Assembly: GCA_017654855.1 (NCBI GenBank)
Contig: CM030334.1
Span: forward strand, 434,001 to 498,000
Direction: 5' to 3'
DNA: 64,000 nt
DNA from: Podospora anserina
Lineage: Eukaryota
Shown here: one piece after another, positions 1 through 12,159 of the stretch
Position numbering within the stretch: the stretch's first letter is position 1
How the letters are laid out: each line of letters begins with the position of its first letter
The notes under the pieces: generated by a model
Told to the model about the DNA's origin: nothing
Databases searched by the model: none
What the model saw: the letters and a program-made list of their open reading frames with translations, nothing else
Position numbers and translations under genes: made by a program

Positions 1-2
1 GC

Positions 3-746
3 AGTCTCCCCCTCCCGTCCTCGTCACTCACACCGTCCCTAATTCTCGAGTCATCCTCCCATCTTGAGCGGATCCCCGACGGTCTCATCTATCCCCTCAT
101 GCCAGGGAAGCCTCTCATGGCGCTGATTATCGCGCCTGACTCACCCCCGGAGGACTCAGAGACAGGAGCGTACTTCATCCGGCGGCCCAATCTTTTGAAT
201 TTTGACACCAAAGACAAGGACAGGGCAGAGCAGCAGCAGGCCATGCTCCTCAGGGAGGCTGTTATTCTCCAGCAGTTGGCGCAGCATGGCCATCCAAACA
301 TGATTCGCTATCACGGCACAAGAACCAGGAGAGGGAGAATCACGGGATTGGTGTTTGACAAGCATCCTTACACCCTGTTGGAGTACCTGGCCGAGGTGAA
401 GGAGAAGGGCAAAGGAAACGAGATCGAGGTTGAGTCGTTCGTGATGGGGTTGGAGAGTGTGGTGAGCAGGCTGCACCAGCTGGGTCTGGCGCACAACAGT
501 ATTCGGGCTGAGAACATTGTTGTGGGGAGAGGCGAGGGTGGCGAGGGGGTGAGGGCGGTGCTGGTGGAATTTAGCAAGTGCTTGCCTTTTGGCAAGAAGT
601 TCAGGACATCGTATGACGGGGAGCTCAAGGTTTCGTCAAAGGAGAACGATCGCCAGGCAGTCAAGGACTTCAGGTCATGGCTGGAAGGGGTGGTTGACCC
701 CACGCTGATCACCCCTACACAGGACGACCAGCCTGCCAGTAGTTGA
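3..746 (+). CDS. Protein kinase-like fold protein, 5'-partial, probable pseudokinase
   Basis: Frame is open from base 3. Kinase-like segments HPNMIRYHG and RITGLVF; catalytic loop reads HNSIRAENI and the DFG position reads EFS. Confidence 0.7.
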   Translation, partial: SLPLPSSSLTPSLILESSSHLERIPDGLIYPLMPGKPLMALIIAPDSPPEDSETGAYFIRRPNLLNFDTKDKDRAEQQQAMLLREAVILQQLAQHGHPNMIRYHGTRTRRGRITGLVFDKHPYTLLEYLAEVKEKGKGNEIEVESFVMGLESVVSRLHQLGLAHNSIRAENIVVGRGEGGEGVRAVLVEFSKCLPFGKKFRTSYDGELKVSSKENDRQAVKDFRSWLEGVVDPTLITPTQDDQPASS

Positions 747-795
747 CCCAGACACTTTTGTATCGTGTTAATGACAATCATGTACATGACGTTGC

Positions 796-1800
796 TCAAT
801 CCCGCCCATGTTCCTTCCCATGTCCCTCTCCACGCCGCTCCTCCTTCTTCAACAGCGCCAACGCCTCCACAAGCACACTCCCATCCACCATCTTGGCCAC
901 ATGCTCCCTACTGCTCGCGGTCCTGTTATCCACCCTGGCAATGTACTTCTCCTCCTCCCCCAGCACATCCACCAGATCCTCCGGGATCCCCCCACTCCAA
1001 TCATGAACCCGCCAAACCTTCTCCAACAACGGCACGCTCACATTCACCGCGGCCGAGACCCTCGCATAGACCTTCTCCGGCTCCTCCTCAAACACCCTCT
1101 GCGCCTTGATCAGATTCTTCAAGAACACCACAATCTCTTTCCTTTTCTTCTTGTCCGCCAGCTTCTCTTTGGTAGAGTGTAAGTTGTAAATCTCGCGGTA
1201 CACCTTTCTGTCCTGGAAGACCACCGTCTGCCCCGCGGGGAGCGCGTCGATGCCCAATTGGAGGGTGGGTTCCCAGATGCCAAACGCGTCAACCTCTCCT
1301 CTTGCCAGCATGTCAGGGAAGGTCCTGTTTCCGCAGGGCGCCTCGTGGCAGATATTGCCGGCGATGGTTTGGTAATCCCCGTATTCGAGACCGACGGTTT
1401 TGAGGAGCTGCTCGACAAAGTAACCCGCCGAGGTGCCGTTGATAGTGCCAACTCGCTTCCCCTTGAGATCGGAAAGAGAGGAAATACCGGCTGCGCGGTT
1501 GGCTACCAGGCGGTAGGGGACCTCGGCAATGTTCCAGATGATCCGGAGGGAGGTGTTATTTGCGTAATTGCGGAGGGCTTGGGTTTCGGCGTTGGCGCCG
1601 AGGTCGATAGAGCTGTTGCGGACGAGGGGCGCGACTCCGCCGTTGACGAAAATTGCGGAGGAGTTGTAGTAATCTTCGGAGGTGGTAAGGAGAGGGACGT
1701 ATTCGATGACGTTGAGAGCGGCCGAGATGGTGAGAACAGCTGCTGCAGGAACTGTGAGCAGGCCCAAAAGGGGCAGAAGAAAGGAAAGGCGTGCCATCAT
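796..1800 (-). CDS. Secreted periplasmic-binding-protein type II (SsuA/THI5/NMT1-like) protein
   Basis: ATG at 1800, hydrophobic signal peptide (MMARLSFLLPLLGLLTV), motifs GISSLSDLKGKRVGT and RGEVDAFGIWEP typical of SsuA/TauA-like binding proteins; no intron. Confidence 0.75.
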   Translation of the reverse strand: MMARLSFLLPLLGLLTVPAAAVLTISAALNVIEYVPLLTTSEDYYNSSAIFVNGGVAPLVRNSSIDLGANAETQALRNYANNTSLRIIWNIAEVPYRLVANRAAGISSLSDLKGKRVGTINGTSAGYFVEQLLKTVGLEYGDYQTIAGNICHEAPCGNRTFPDMLARGEVDAFGIWEPTLQLGIDALPAGQTVVFQDRKVYREIYNLHSTKEKLADKKKRKEIVVFLKNLIKAQRVFEEEPEKVYARVSAAVNVSVPLLEKVWRVHDWSGGIPEDLVDVLGEEEKYIARVDNRTASSREHVAKMVDGSVLVEALALLKKEERRGEGHGKEHGRD

Positions 1801-2841
1801 GACGGGGAGGCCGGGAATGGCAGACAGATGTGAGGAAACGGTCTCCGAGATGAGGTCAGGCGGGTGGTTATGTACTGCTCGGGCCGCTCGCTGTCTTCCA
1901 CGGACGAGCAACGGACGACAGATATTACCAGCATCAAGGACCGCCTCGGCTTCCGGTATAGCTTCCTCTTACAGCCAGTAGCATCTCACCACCCACAACG
2001 TCCCGAGTGAAGCCACCAATAGGAAACATGCCGAATGCCTGCCTCCTCGTTCCAACCCTTCCAGAACCCTGAGCCGTCTCTTGTGTTTTTCCCAGGGTCG
2101 TGTGCGGAGTCGGAATCGGAGTCTTGACCAAACCGCATGCTCAAAATATCATGACTGAAGACTATAAGCCATAAGCTGCATACAGCGGTTCGAAGTCTAG
2201 GCTAATTGATCCACAGTCTTTTGCCGTTTTGGGTGGCAGGGTCAGAGAGGGGTGGACAGTCAGGGGAAAGGGGGTAAAAAGGGTACAGCCGTCCCCGCAT
2301 TTCGGCTCTTGCCGACAAGTCATCCAACTCGGTAATATGTGTAGGTATAATGTCGACGGGGATGCCGGTATGGTATCGGGCCTGCACGCTGGTTTGCTAT
2401 ATGACTCTGTGACAAGGCCGTTTGTGTGAATCGGGTTGAGCTGTGGCGATGATGTTCTGGTGACGAAATTGGATGGCATCTATTCGGATTGCTTGTCTCT
2501 TGAAGTCTTACGCTCTCTGTGAGGTAGGCCGGGCTTCTTGGGAAAAGTGTGTTCCAGTGGCCAGCCTGTCGAGTGAAGCTTTTGTCTGGAGAGGAGCCGA
2601 GAATCAACATGTCCAGCTTACAGCTTTTTGGTGTGCTTTGCGGCATGTCTCTTTCATGACCTCCTCAGGGGTTCGATCAGGGGGATTACAGGTACCTACT
2701 TGAGGTATTTGATAAGTTGGTACCTACCGATCGAATCGCGTTGCTTGTGCTATCTAATTAGCCACTCAATGTCTACAAAATATTGAATAGGGCCATCTCA
2801 TTATGAAACTGATTTTGTAATTGGGAAAAGCCCGGCGCAAA

Positions 2842-2897
2842 GGAGAGAAAAGAGAAAAAAGAGAAAAAAGAGAAAAAAGAGAAAAAGAAGAAAAAAG
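2842..2897. repeat. Purine-only (GAGAAAAAA)n low-complexity tract
   Basis: About 55 nt of A/G with a 9-nt period, seen directly. Confidence 0.8.
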
Positions 2898-2932
2898 TGA
2901 CAGAGAACTTCTCTTCACTTAAAAGATTTGGA

Positions 2933-3025
2933 TGCCCAATAACAGGATTGAACTGTTGACCTTCGCATTACTATGTACTGCTGCCAGTATTAGTACGACG
3001 CTCTAACCAGCTGAGCTAATCGGGC
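2933..3025 (-). tRNA. tRNA-Ile(AAT) with intron
   Basis: GCCCGATTAGCTCAGCTGGTTAGAGCG, anticodon stem TCGTA/TGCGA, loop CT-AAT-A plus ~19-nt intron, T arm AACAG-TTCAATC-CTGTT, acceptor ATTGGGC-A; downstream TTTT. Confidence 0.9.
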
Positions 3026-3109
3026 TTTGTTGGATGTGTTGCTGCGAAGGAGGATAGCTTAAAGAAGAGATCAGAGATAATGGAAAAGGGAAAAAGGCAA
3101 AAGTAGAGA

Positions 3110-3201
3110 CTCGGATACCGGGAGTCGAACCCGGGGCTGTTGAGAGAACAGACACTTCTGAGAAGTGAGAGTCAACGATGTTACCGCTACACCATACCCG
3201 A
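3110..3201 (-). tRNA. tRNA-Glu(CTC) with intron
   Basis: TCGGGTATGGTGTAGCGGTAACATC, anticodon stem GTTGA/TCAAC, loop CT-CTC-A plus intron, T arm CCGGG-TTCGACT-CCCGG. Confidence 0.93.
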
Positions 3202-3480
3202 TAGGATGGCGTCCGACAAGGATTGTTGTTGAGGCCTGAAGAAAAAGAACTCATGTTGGGACAATTCTTTGTCTGTGTGGTGGGGTTGGCTGGGAATGTT
3301 TGGAGGGGTGGAGGGTGGAAGGGTTACCCTGTCAACGGCATGTGACGTCATTGGGAGTGGGGGTGCCTCCAGCGCAGCGTGCTTCGAAGGGATCACTTTC
3401 ACATGAATTATTGAATACGCGTACGGGTTCCAGGACACGAGAATGAAATCGGACGGAGTTATGGAAGAGCCCTGTCGAAA

Positions 3481-4623
3481 ATGACGCGCGAAATAAGTCC
3501 ACCTCCGCTGAAACGAAGGAGGCTGGTTCACCAGAGTTCCCCGGAGACCAAGTCGCATTCTTTTCGAGTCTTTTCCTGGAACATCAACGGCGTCGATGCT
3601 TTTCTCCCCCCCACCAACTCAAAGATCACTACCTTCTTCAAGCCTACCAACTCTCCCAGTGGTCGAGCCAGTCCACCCAAAACAGACCATGAGACGACAA
3701 GCAACTCACTTCGCGCCTTCTTGTCTCGTCACAACTGGCCAGAGGTCTTATTTTTGCAGGAACTCAAGATCAAACAGGGTGACTGCAAGACTGTGGCCGC
3801 TCTTCTTACAGCCATCAATAGCCCATTAAGTAAAAGCGATGTCCTATCCCAGGAACGAACTTATACGCTTGACACAGTCCTACCTCGAGACAAGTACAAC
3901 GTTAGAGGATTCCAGGGAAAGCTTTATGGAGTCGGCACCATCATAAGAAAGGACTTTGCCAGGGGCCACGTTTCCCTCATTCGCGAAGCCGACTGGGACC
4001 TTGAAGGCCGGGTGAGCATTGTCGAGCTCAAGAAAGGATTAGGTCAAGACAGACCACTTGCGCTCCTCAACATTTACGCAGTCAACGGGACTTCTAGCCC
4101 CTATCGTTCACCTGACACGGGCAAGGCTGTTGGAACAAGACACGACCACAAGATTGTCTTTCACAGCCGCTTGCGCGATGAGTGTCTTGAACTTGAGGCT
4201 CAAGGCTACAACGTGGTGGTTGCTGGGGATCTAAACGTTGCGCGCGGTGTTCTAGATGGTCATCCAAATCTGAGAACATACCCAAGCCAGCATTGCCTCA
4301 ACAGAGCCGACTTCAACGCCAAGTTCTTTGGACAAGAAGATAACAAGAGAGCCCGGGCGCATGTGAGGACCAGCAATGAGAAACAGGCCTGCTTAGATGC
4401 AATCGACGTTTTCCGCGCCCTTCACAGGACTGAGAGGAGGTATACTTATCACCCTCGCACAGCACACTGGGGCAGCAGTAGCGACAGGGTGGATCTCATC
4501 CTGGCTTCCAAAAGGCTCTGGGAAGAAGGCCTCGTTCTCAGCACCGGGATTCTGGACTCTCCTCAAGAAAGAGGACCCAGTGACCATGTCCCCTTATGGG
4601 TAGAGGTGAAAGGCTCTGGGTAG
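3481..4623 (+). CDS. Exonuclease III / AP endonuclease family (EEP superfamily) protein
   Basis: Motifs SWNING, LQELK, EGRV, NIYAVNG, GDLNVA, YTY, RVDLILAS and SDHVP. Confidence 0.88.
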   Translation: MTREISPPPLKRRRLVHQSSPETKSHSFRVFSWNINGVDAFLPPTNSKITTFFKPTNSPSGRASPPKTDHETTSNSLRAFLSRHNWPEVLFLQELKIKQGDCKTVAALLTAINSPLSKSDVLSQERTYTLDTVLPRDKYNVRGFQGKLYGVGTIIRKDFARGHVSLIREADWDLEGRVSIVELKKGLGQDRPLALLNIYAVNGTSSPYRSPDTGKAVGTRHDHKIVFHSRLRDECLELEAQGYNVVVAGDLNVARGVLDGHPNLRTYPSQHCLNRADFNAKFFGQEDNKRARAHVRTSNEKQACLDAIDVFRALHRTERRYTYHPRTAHWGSSSDRVDLILASKRLWEEGLVLSTGILDSPQERGPSDHVPLWVEVKGSG

Positions 4624-5009
4624 AGAATCTTCTTTCGCCATTCCAACACCTCGGACCGAACCATACGGTCGATAATGTCAACATCCAACGCACACGTATC
4701 GGTTGACGGAAAATGCCGTACACATGATGCTCCTGGGGACCTAGCGCCATCCCGTTAGTTCTTTGTCCTCAAAGACTATTCCGACACCCTGGCGCCGGTG
4801 TTTGCCCCTAAGAAGGGGTGGGTGACCGGAATCCCCGCAGGGAAATCGTGGCGTCTTTGTTCGTACCAGTAAGTTATTTTGCCGTTGCCCATCAAACTCC
4901 AGTTCCCGTCCCATTCTCTTGTCAGCTCGCCACCTACCTCTTGACCGCCCACCCCACAACAGGCTATCGCCAGATTATCCATGAATCCGTCATTAATCAA
5001 GACCTCAGC

Positions 5010-5600
5010 ATGGAAAGGGAAAAGTCGCAAATAGAAGAGAGGATAAACGCTCTCAGGCAAGCGGCGTATGGCTTGCCTGGGACGTGGAGTGGCCGTAGGC
5101 AAGAGGCACAACAGACGGCGAAGATTCGACCGCGCCAATATCGGGCCATTCAGCAGCGCAGAAGAACAACTCGTCGAAGGACAGGCCATGTCCCACTACC
5201 ACCACCGCAAAGCAGTCATGACCATACGCCGGGCCTGATCATAGATTACCCACCATCGCCCCTATATATATCACCAGCACCGTCACGGTCATCAAGCCCT
5301 TCATCAGGTGCTTGCGAGGAGTGCCCCGAGGAACACCCGGAGGACAGTGCCAGCTCACAGCGAGAGGAACCCGAGTGGGGGTTTTGGCAACAAATATGCC
5401 GGCAGGCTTATACTGGACGTACCATGTTCGGTCAGACAGCAGGCAGTGGCACCCAGATGGGAGGGCAAGAGTTACAGCGGTCGCCATCACCATCCAGATC
5501 CCAATCCCCACCACTAACGATCCGTCATCTCGCTATACGCACCCGTCGCTGCAGGGACAACACCCCTGTTCGCATGATTAGGAGGAGATCCGCTGGATAG
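5010..5600 (+). CDS. Hypothetical low-complexity S/P/R-rich protein
   Basis: 197-codon ORF from the first ATG; no recognisable domain; 5' structure unresolved. Confidence 0.35.
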   Translation: MEREKSQIEERINALRQAAYGLPGTWSGRRQEAQQTAKIRPRQYRAIQQRRRTTRRRTGHVPLPPPQSSHDHTPGLIIDYPPSPLYISPAPSRSSSPSSGACEECPEEHPEDSASSQREEPEWGFWQQICRQAYTGRTMFGQTAGSGTQMGGQELQRSPSPSRSQSPPLTIRHLAIRTRRCRDNTPVRMIRRRSAG

Positions 5601-6080
5601 CAGTTGGGAGTGAGTTGGACAGTACACAAACCCATGATAGATAGAATGTTTAGCACATGCCACCAAAGTAATAATTACGATATTCCTGCACATATCGCGA
5701 TGTCCATAAATCGTGCTGAGATGAAGCGTGTGTGTGTTGGGAAACATAAAAGAAGAATCAGCACCAAGGTAAAAAAGGAATCCCCGGTCAAGTAGGAAAT
5801 GAGGAGCCATTAGAGAGTCACGGGCAACTGGAAAAAAGCATGGCAATCCCAGAGGTTTGGAAACGCTTGCATTCGCCTATCTTAACGGTACTTGCCTTAG
5901 ATCACATCCCGTCCCAACCGTATATCAACCAATAAAGACGCACACCCCTGCTGGAACTTCAGCTAAACCTCGCTCAAAGAAAACTACTTGACCTTACTTT
6001 TTCTTCCCCTTTCTTTTCTGGTTCTGGAAAGATAAACACGCCGTCATTCGGCGTCTCCTTGACAGAAGGAAAGCAAGCCA

Positions 6081-8419
6081 CTAGCACTCCACCACCTTCT
6101 CCCCAGACGGCATCTCGATGGTGTACTCCAACGTCAACTTGACGCTCCGTCCCGCGTTGAGCACCACCTCCCAGTTCACCTCCCCGCCCTTCTTCAAAAA
6201 CGACACCGCCTTGCCCCAGTTGGCCTCCTCCTTCCCGTCCTTACCCGGCACTCCGGTCGACATACCCCCTCCGCTGACGCTCATCCTCGGGTGCAGCAGC
6301 TCCACCCTCAGCTTCTCATCCTCGCTGACGGGAACCTGATCCAACACCAACACCTCGACCGGCTTGGCCCCTTGAGCAGCCCGCGTGTTGACCAGAGTGA
6401 TCGCCCGGGTGTAAACGCTGTTATCGCCCTTGGTGAACACCCCGGTGGTGCTCCTCTTGACCTCCGGCTTGGGGTAGGCAACCTTGATGGCAGGGTCAAC
6501 ACCCAGCGGGATCTTGAACGTGTCCCCGGCGCTGCACCTCGGAAGCGTAGACCGGCCCATGAACGTCCCGTCCAGCGTCAGGCCCGTCGGGCCCTTCAGC
6601 AGCGTCAGCTTGCTCGTATTGCGGAGCTTGGCCTTGAGGTACGCGGCAGGCTTGTACTTGGCCACGACGGTCCTGGCGAACACGACGTTGGTGAAGGTGA
6701 TCCTCGCGACGCGCTGCTTGGAGGCGGTCGAGCTCGGCCTCAGTGTCTTGGGGTTGGGGAGGTCGTAGGTGGCGGTGAGGCCGGTTTCCTCAAAGGAGGA
6801 GTCCTGGAAGGAGACCTCGGGGGTGGGCTCGAGGACGGTTTGGGCGTCGTGGTCTTCGTATTCCATCGACTCTGACACTGCACCGTCGGGGGGATTTCCG
6901 CTCCTGCGGCGTTTGCTCATTGCCGACATGTTTGCGGAGCGCAGATTTAGCCCTTTCGCCAGGCCCGGTCCCCCCATACTACACGCCAACGGCGCTGGGT
7001 TGCTCGGTGGTGGTGGAGGTGGTGAGGCTTCACCAAGCAGAGCAAAAGCAACCCCCTCCCCCCCACCCTGCGTGTAAAATTGACGGTGTGGCTGTGGTTT
7101 GCTGACGCCAAACAGCTCAGCGCGCGGCTTTTGCTGCTGGGAATTATTTTGCGCCGCGTTCCATATCTCTTTCTGTGTCCTCTCCTCACGACTGTAAATG
7201 GCTTGGTCGCTGGTAAAATGGGCAGTGCGGCCACCTAGCTTGATCCGCCAAGGCAAAAGCCTTGGGGACTCGTCGTGGAGGCCAGAGAAACTAGCCTGCG
7301 ATGTGCTCAGGATCACCTTGGCGTTGGTCCAAGTCTCCGAGGTCATGTTTGTCAGCTGGGCATCGAAACAGAGAATGGCCGAGTTGGTGGTGGTGGACAG
7401 GGCCAAATCATAACTGGGCGACCAGAAAGCAGACGTGGTGACGTAGCTGAGAGACAGATCGCAGTACGTGATGGTATCTTCCATGGGCTTTTCAGGGGCC
7501 AGTTTGACATCAGCAGCGCTGGCAACCGAGCTCCGGCGTGACGAGGAAGGGGACAGACTGGTAGCATCAAGCGTGACGCGGATAGTATAGCATGATTTGG
7601 GCCAAAACTGTTCCCGCTCTTTGCGAATGCGGGCCTTCTCCTTCTCCTTTTTGGCCCTGCGCCGGAGCTTCTGAGCTCTAACCTTGTCCTTTGCCCTTTG
7701 GACCTTTGCTTTGGTCTTGTTGATCTTGGCCTGTTCCTTCGCCTCTAACTTGAGCAGCCGTGCCTCCTCCAGCTGAAGCTTGTCGATCTCTGCGGCAATC
7801 TCGCGCTTCCGAATGGTGGCGCTCATCTTATCCTCGAAGGTCTTGTCCCGCTCCTTGCGATACATCTCGAGGCTGTCATCAATGTTGAAGTTGCCCTTCT
7901 TCTTCTCCAACGAGCGGCCATAGGATTCGAGAAAACCTTGGCGATTGATAGCACTCTCGATAATCTCATCCTCGCGGTCTCTCTTGTCATACAATGTCTG
8001 GAGAGAGTCACGCACTGCCTTGAGCTCGTCGTTGGTCTTCCTTGTGAACTCGTCATCCTCCTCGGACTCGTCCTCTTCCGAGTCCGAGTCGGAATCAGGA
8101 TAGATCTCCTCAAAGATGTCACGATTGGGGAGCAACTCAATGGTGATATCGGTGATGATGGCTGAACCAATGCCCTCGACTTTGATAGATTCCTCGTCAA
8201 CAGTCGGAGATAATCCCACCACGGCGATCTCGTTGGCTCCCGGCTGTCAGTTGTTAGTGGGTTGTTCCGTGTGTGCGTTGGCCAAACTGCGGGACTGGAC
8301 CTTACCTTCAGGGCAACCTCTTTGATGTCTCTAACAACCTGTGCTCTGGTTGGGAAGAGAGTGACAGTCCGCGTGGGAAGATCACGGATGTGGAACTGCT
8401 GCTCGTGTAAGGAATCCAT
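6081..8419 (-). CDS. DUF4140/DUF4139 (mucoidy inhibitor MuiA-like) protein, 2 exons
   Basis: Exon 8419-8306 (VTLFPTRAQVVR), GT-AG intron 8305-8244, exon 8243-6081 with coiled coil, LSYVT..AFWSPSYDL, AYLKAKLRN, VLVLDQVPVSEDEKL. Confidence 0.85.
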
Positions 8420-9344
8420 TGGCCTTGCAATGTAGGGCTGGTGATAGCGGTATGTGTGTTTTGGTGTTTGGATGAGGGGATTGGTGGTGAACTACACCAC
8501 TCAGGGGTCGAATCAAGAGGTATACTTATACCTCGAGGTACCTGGTAATTGGAGCCAAGGCATTTGCAGGAAGCAGTGCCACAAAGGAAAGCATCACGAA
8601 AGAAGCGCTTGATGACTTGCGCGGCTTCACAAGGCAAGTGATATGCTTGACCCTGCAATTAGACGGCTGCCTCCACCAATTCATGGTGGCGCTGACGTTG
8701 CGGCGGGTTGTACAGAAATAATGCCGCCAGACCGAACTAAGGCACGATTAAATTGTCCGGAAACCCCCCCACCATCTCGGCCCCGGACCGAGCACAGGGG
8801 TTTTCTGCTCAAATGTGCACTCGGACTTGAACGGGCAGCTGTTTTGGGAATAACTGGCAAGGAATAGGGAGTCAGCCTTGTGATTTTATTGATTTGAGGA
8901 CATCTCTTCCCTTCCCTACCACCCATCCCCCATCACCCCCCATCATCATCATCACCATCCATCGTTCGTCGTCGTTCTTCTTCACGCTTGCACAACATGA
9001 CGGACGGGATGTGGATCTTGGAGAAACCGAAAGGTCTCAGTTGATCGGCACAAACTAAAATGACGCGCGGGGAAGTGGCCCAAGCTCCCTTTTCAGCTGC
9101 CTTTGTGCTTTGCGCCCGTGCCACATCGGATGCCACAGCGGAACCCCAAATGCCCCAAAAATCCCGACTCCCAGCCACCTCGAATTTGAGATGCCAAAGA
9201 ATTGCCCTCACCCTCACCCCATGTGGTTTCATGTCATGTTTTTAGCCGTTGCATCGTCTTGATCTTGCTCTTGATCTTTTCGTGTGAATATCTTGTTTCT
9301 CCCAGCTTTGCTTTGTTGATGATAGGTACTTTGACACCGCCAGC

Positions 9345-10639
9345 ATGGAGAGACCCGATAAGCCACTGACTCCGCCCGACGACCGGGACAGGAAGCGTGG
9401 TCGAGGCGACAGGGACCGAGGTGACAGAGACCGTGGCGACAGAGACCGGGTTGACAGGGACCGGGTTGACAGAGACCGCGTTGACAGAGACCGTGGTGAC
9501 AGAGATCGCGGTGATAGAGATCGCGGCGACAGAGACCGTGGCGATGACAAAGCCCGCGGTGATGACAGAGCCCCAACTGGAGAAGCCGCTTCCTACTTTA
9601 CCGCCGCTGCTCCCATAACCGGACCCAACGGCTCGATTGACCCCTATCCCATCGTCACCGACAGCTACCGTCCTCCGCAAGGTCCAGACTCGTCCTATCC
9701 ACCACGCCATGACTATGGCCGTCCACCTCCTGGCTCAGGCTACCCTCTCCCTTCCCACAGCACCGGTATCTCGCCCAACTACCCCCCAGTGTCGGGTGCC
9801 AACGGCGCCTCTGCATCCTACTATGGGACAGGCGTTGAATCGATGCCCGGTCCAGCGGCTACTTCAGGTGTTGGCATGAGCTACATTCCCCCTGCGCCTC
9901 TGTCCGGTCCTCCTCACCATGGGGCACTACCAATCCACTCGACAACACCGCTACCTCTCGCGGTGCAGTCCTCCTACTACAAGCCCACCCTCAAATCTGT
10001 GCGCCAGAAAGCTGAGAAGGAAGTTATTGAACTCGCCAACCTACAACGCCAGAGGAAGATGATCGCATCCAAGGGCACCAGAAGAGATTACGATGAGATT
10101 TCGGACAAGATCAGAGCCCAGACGGCCACCGTCCTCGGTTATCTCAAGGGCCTGAGACAAGAGATGATTCAAATTGTGGAAGACGCCGAGGACCAGAGGT
10201 GGAGAAGGTGGATCGTTGGCACTATATTGTAAGCTCGGTTCTTGCGTTCCGTCTTCAAGACCACACTAACAATATGCACAGTGGCACTTTTATCCCTCTT
10301 GTGAAGAAGCTCTTCCGCAGACCTTCAAGCGAGAAAAAGACCAAAACCAGGACGGAGTATGCCTTCATCAAGTCCAAGAGTCTGCTCGGTCGCATTCTTG
10401 CCGCAACCAAAGGTCACAGGCCCGGCCTGACGACTGTCACCTTCTTTGTTTTTGCCGTTTTGTACATCTTTTCGAATGAGGTGTCGCTGAGAGTGGCCAA
10501 GACGGCCTCCAAGCGGTTGAAGAAGCTGGTGAACAAGGTGGAGAGTACCAGTAATGGCAGGGACGGGGATGTCCTCAAGGATGACGACATCAAGTTGTTG
10601 AGCGGGTGGAGGTGGAGAGTGTTGGAGTTTATTGATTGA
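9345..10639 (+). CDS. Hypothetical protein with N-terminal (G/V)DRDR repeats, Pro-rich linker, coiled coil and C-terminal hydrophobic segments
   Basis: Intron 10229-10281 (GTAAGC..CTAAC..CAG) joins the 295-aa and 146-aa ORFs in frame. Confidence 0.75.
9405..9539 (+). repeat. Coding 15-nt tandem repeat, 9 units, encoding (G/V)DRDR
   Basis: Units such as GGTGACAGAGACCGT with synonymous variation. Confidence 0.95.
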
Positions 10640-11158
10640 ACATGGGGGTGTGGTCTGTGTGGCTATGAAGAATGTGAAATGAGGAATGACGAGATGACGA
10701 TGATGAGTAACGATATGATTTTGTCTTTTTGATCTTGTCTGTGTTTACTCAGAAAGCAGGCGAGGTGTTGGAGGATGAATGCATAATATGTTTTATATTG
10801 TGGCCTGTTAATGTATTTCACTGTTAAGGTTTTTGCCTCGAAAAGATGGTATTTAGAGTGTCGTTGATGAAATTGTCATTTCATTCTATCGTACGTGCTC
10901 AGCATCTGGTGGATGGCTGAAGCCTCATCAAGTCTGGTCCAAATACCGTTAGTCCTTCTGCAAAGACGGCCCAGGTAGAGCTCACATCATTTGCTCAGTC
11001 GGACTTCTTTACCCCGCTTGGCTGGTGTTGTATCAGCAGTGGAAGAGTAATTCACAGGTTATGAAGAAGACGAGTTTTCATCATGTGTAAATAACCAAGA
11101 CCTGCGAAAGCGATTCAGTTTCACACAGGTTCCTGCTTCTCATCCCACTTCTGTCAAA

Positions 11159-12159
11159 ATGTCGCTAACAAACTGGTCGTTCACCCCTTTTCCTCCTCTG
11201 CCAGCTACCATTCTGCCCAATGCTGCGTTTTGGAATGCTACAAACCCAGTCAATAATATCACCTACCAAATTCAAGTGTCATGGCCCTTTGAATGGTCGT
11301 CTCGCAATGTCGCCAACAAAACTGCCCTGTCCATGTAAACATTGTCCCTGAACCCGCCCCCCCCCCCTTATCTCAGACCCACTACGTTGCTAACAGTTTG
11401 GATGAAAGGTATGTCCTTGACGGCAACGCCCTAGCCGGCACCGCCTCGGAAGCTTTCAAACGCCGCAAACCCGTCTCCTTCTCCCAGCCCGACGCGGTCG
11501 TCATCTCCGTCGGCTACCCCCTCACCGACTCCGTCTACGACCTTTCCCAACGCGCCACCGACTTTCGCCCTCCCCTTTCCACCCCCCAAACCCCACCCTC
11601 CGGCGCCGACCCCTTTCTCGCCTTTCTAACCTCCAGTTTGCGACCCTTTGTCAAATCAACCGTCTTCCCCAACATCAACTTCACCCGCGACGCCCTCTAC
11701 GGTCACTCCTTCGGCGGCCTCTTCGTTCTCTGGTCATTGATTCAGAACCCCAACAACTTCGACACTTACCTCTCCGCCTCCCCCGCGCTGGATTGGAACA
11801 ACGCTTCTCTGCTAAACGACATAACAACAAGACTAGGAAACGGAATTGACATTCCTGGCGAGCTCTACTCATCCAACCTCACCTCGTCCAAGCTCTCCAG
11901 ACCAGCCGTGATGATCACCTACGGGGAAATAGAGCAGTTTCCCCAGCGGAAGAGGACCGAGACGGAGGCGGAATTCCAGTTTCGCAAAAACTTTATCCAG
12001 CCGTTCAAGATGACGCGGTATGCGCGGGAAGCGTTTGACAGGATCGAGGGGAGCGGAAGGGTGAGGGATGTGGCGGTCAAGGAGTACAAAGGGCAGGACC
12101 ACAGCAGTGTTGGGGCGAGCGCGGTGAATGATGGGGTGGATTATTTTATTGATTGGTAG
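11159..12159 (+). CDS. IroE-like alpha/beta hydrolase (putative siderophore esterase)
   Basis: Exon 1 MSLTNWSF..TYQIQVSWP, intron ~11335-11408, then YVLDGNA, VVISVGYP, nucleophile motif GHSFGG, YLSASP and C-terminal DHSSV. Confidence 0.82.

Noticed and set aside
9229..9710. Cys/His-rich and SR-like antisense ORFs
   Set aside because: Mirror images of the DRDR repeat; synonymous variation favours the + strand frame.
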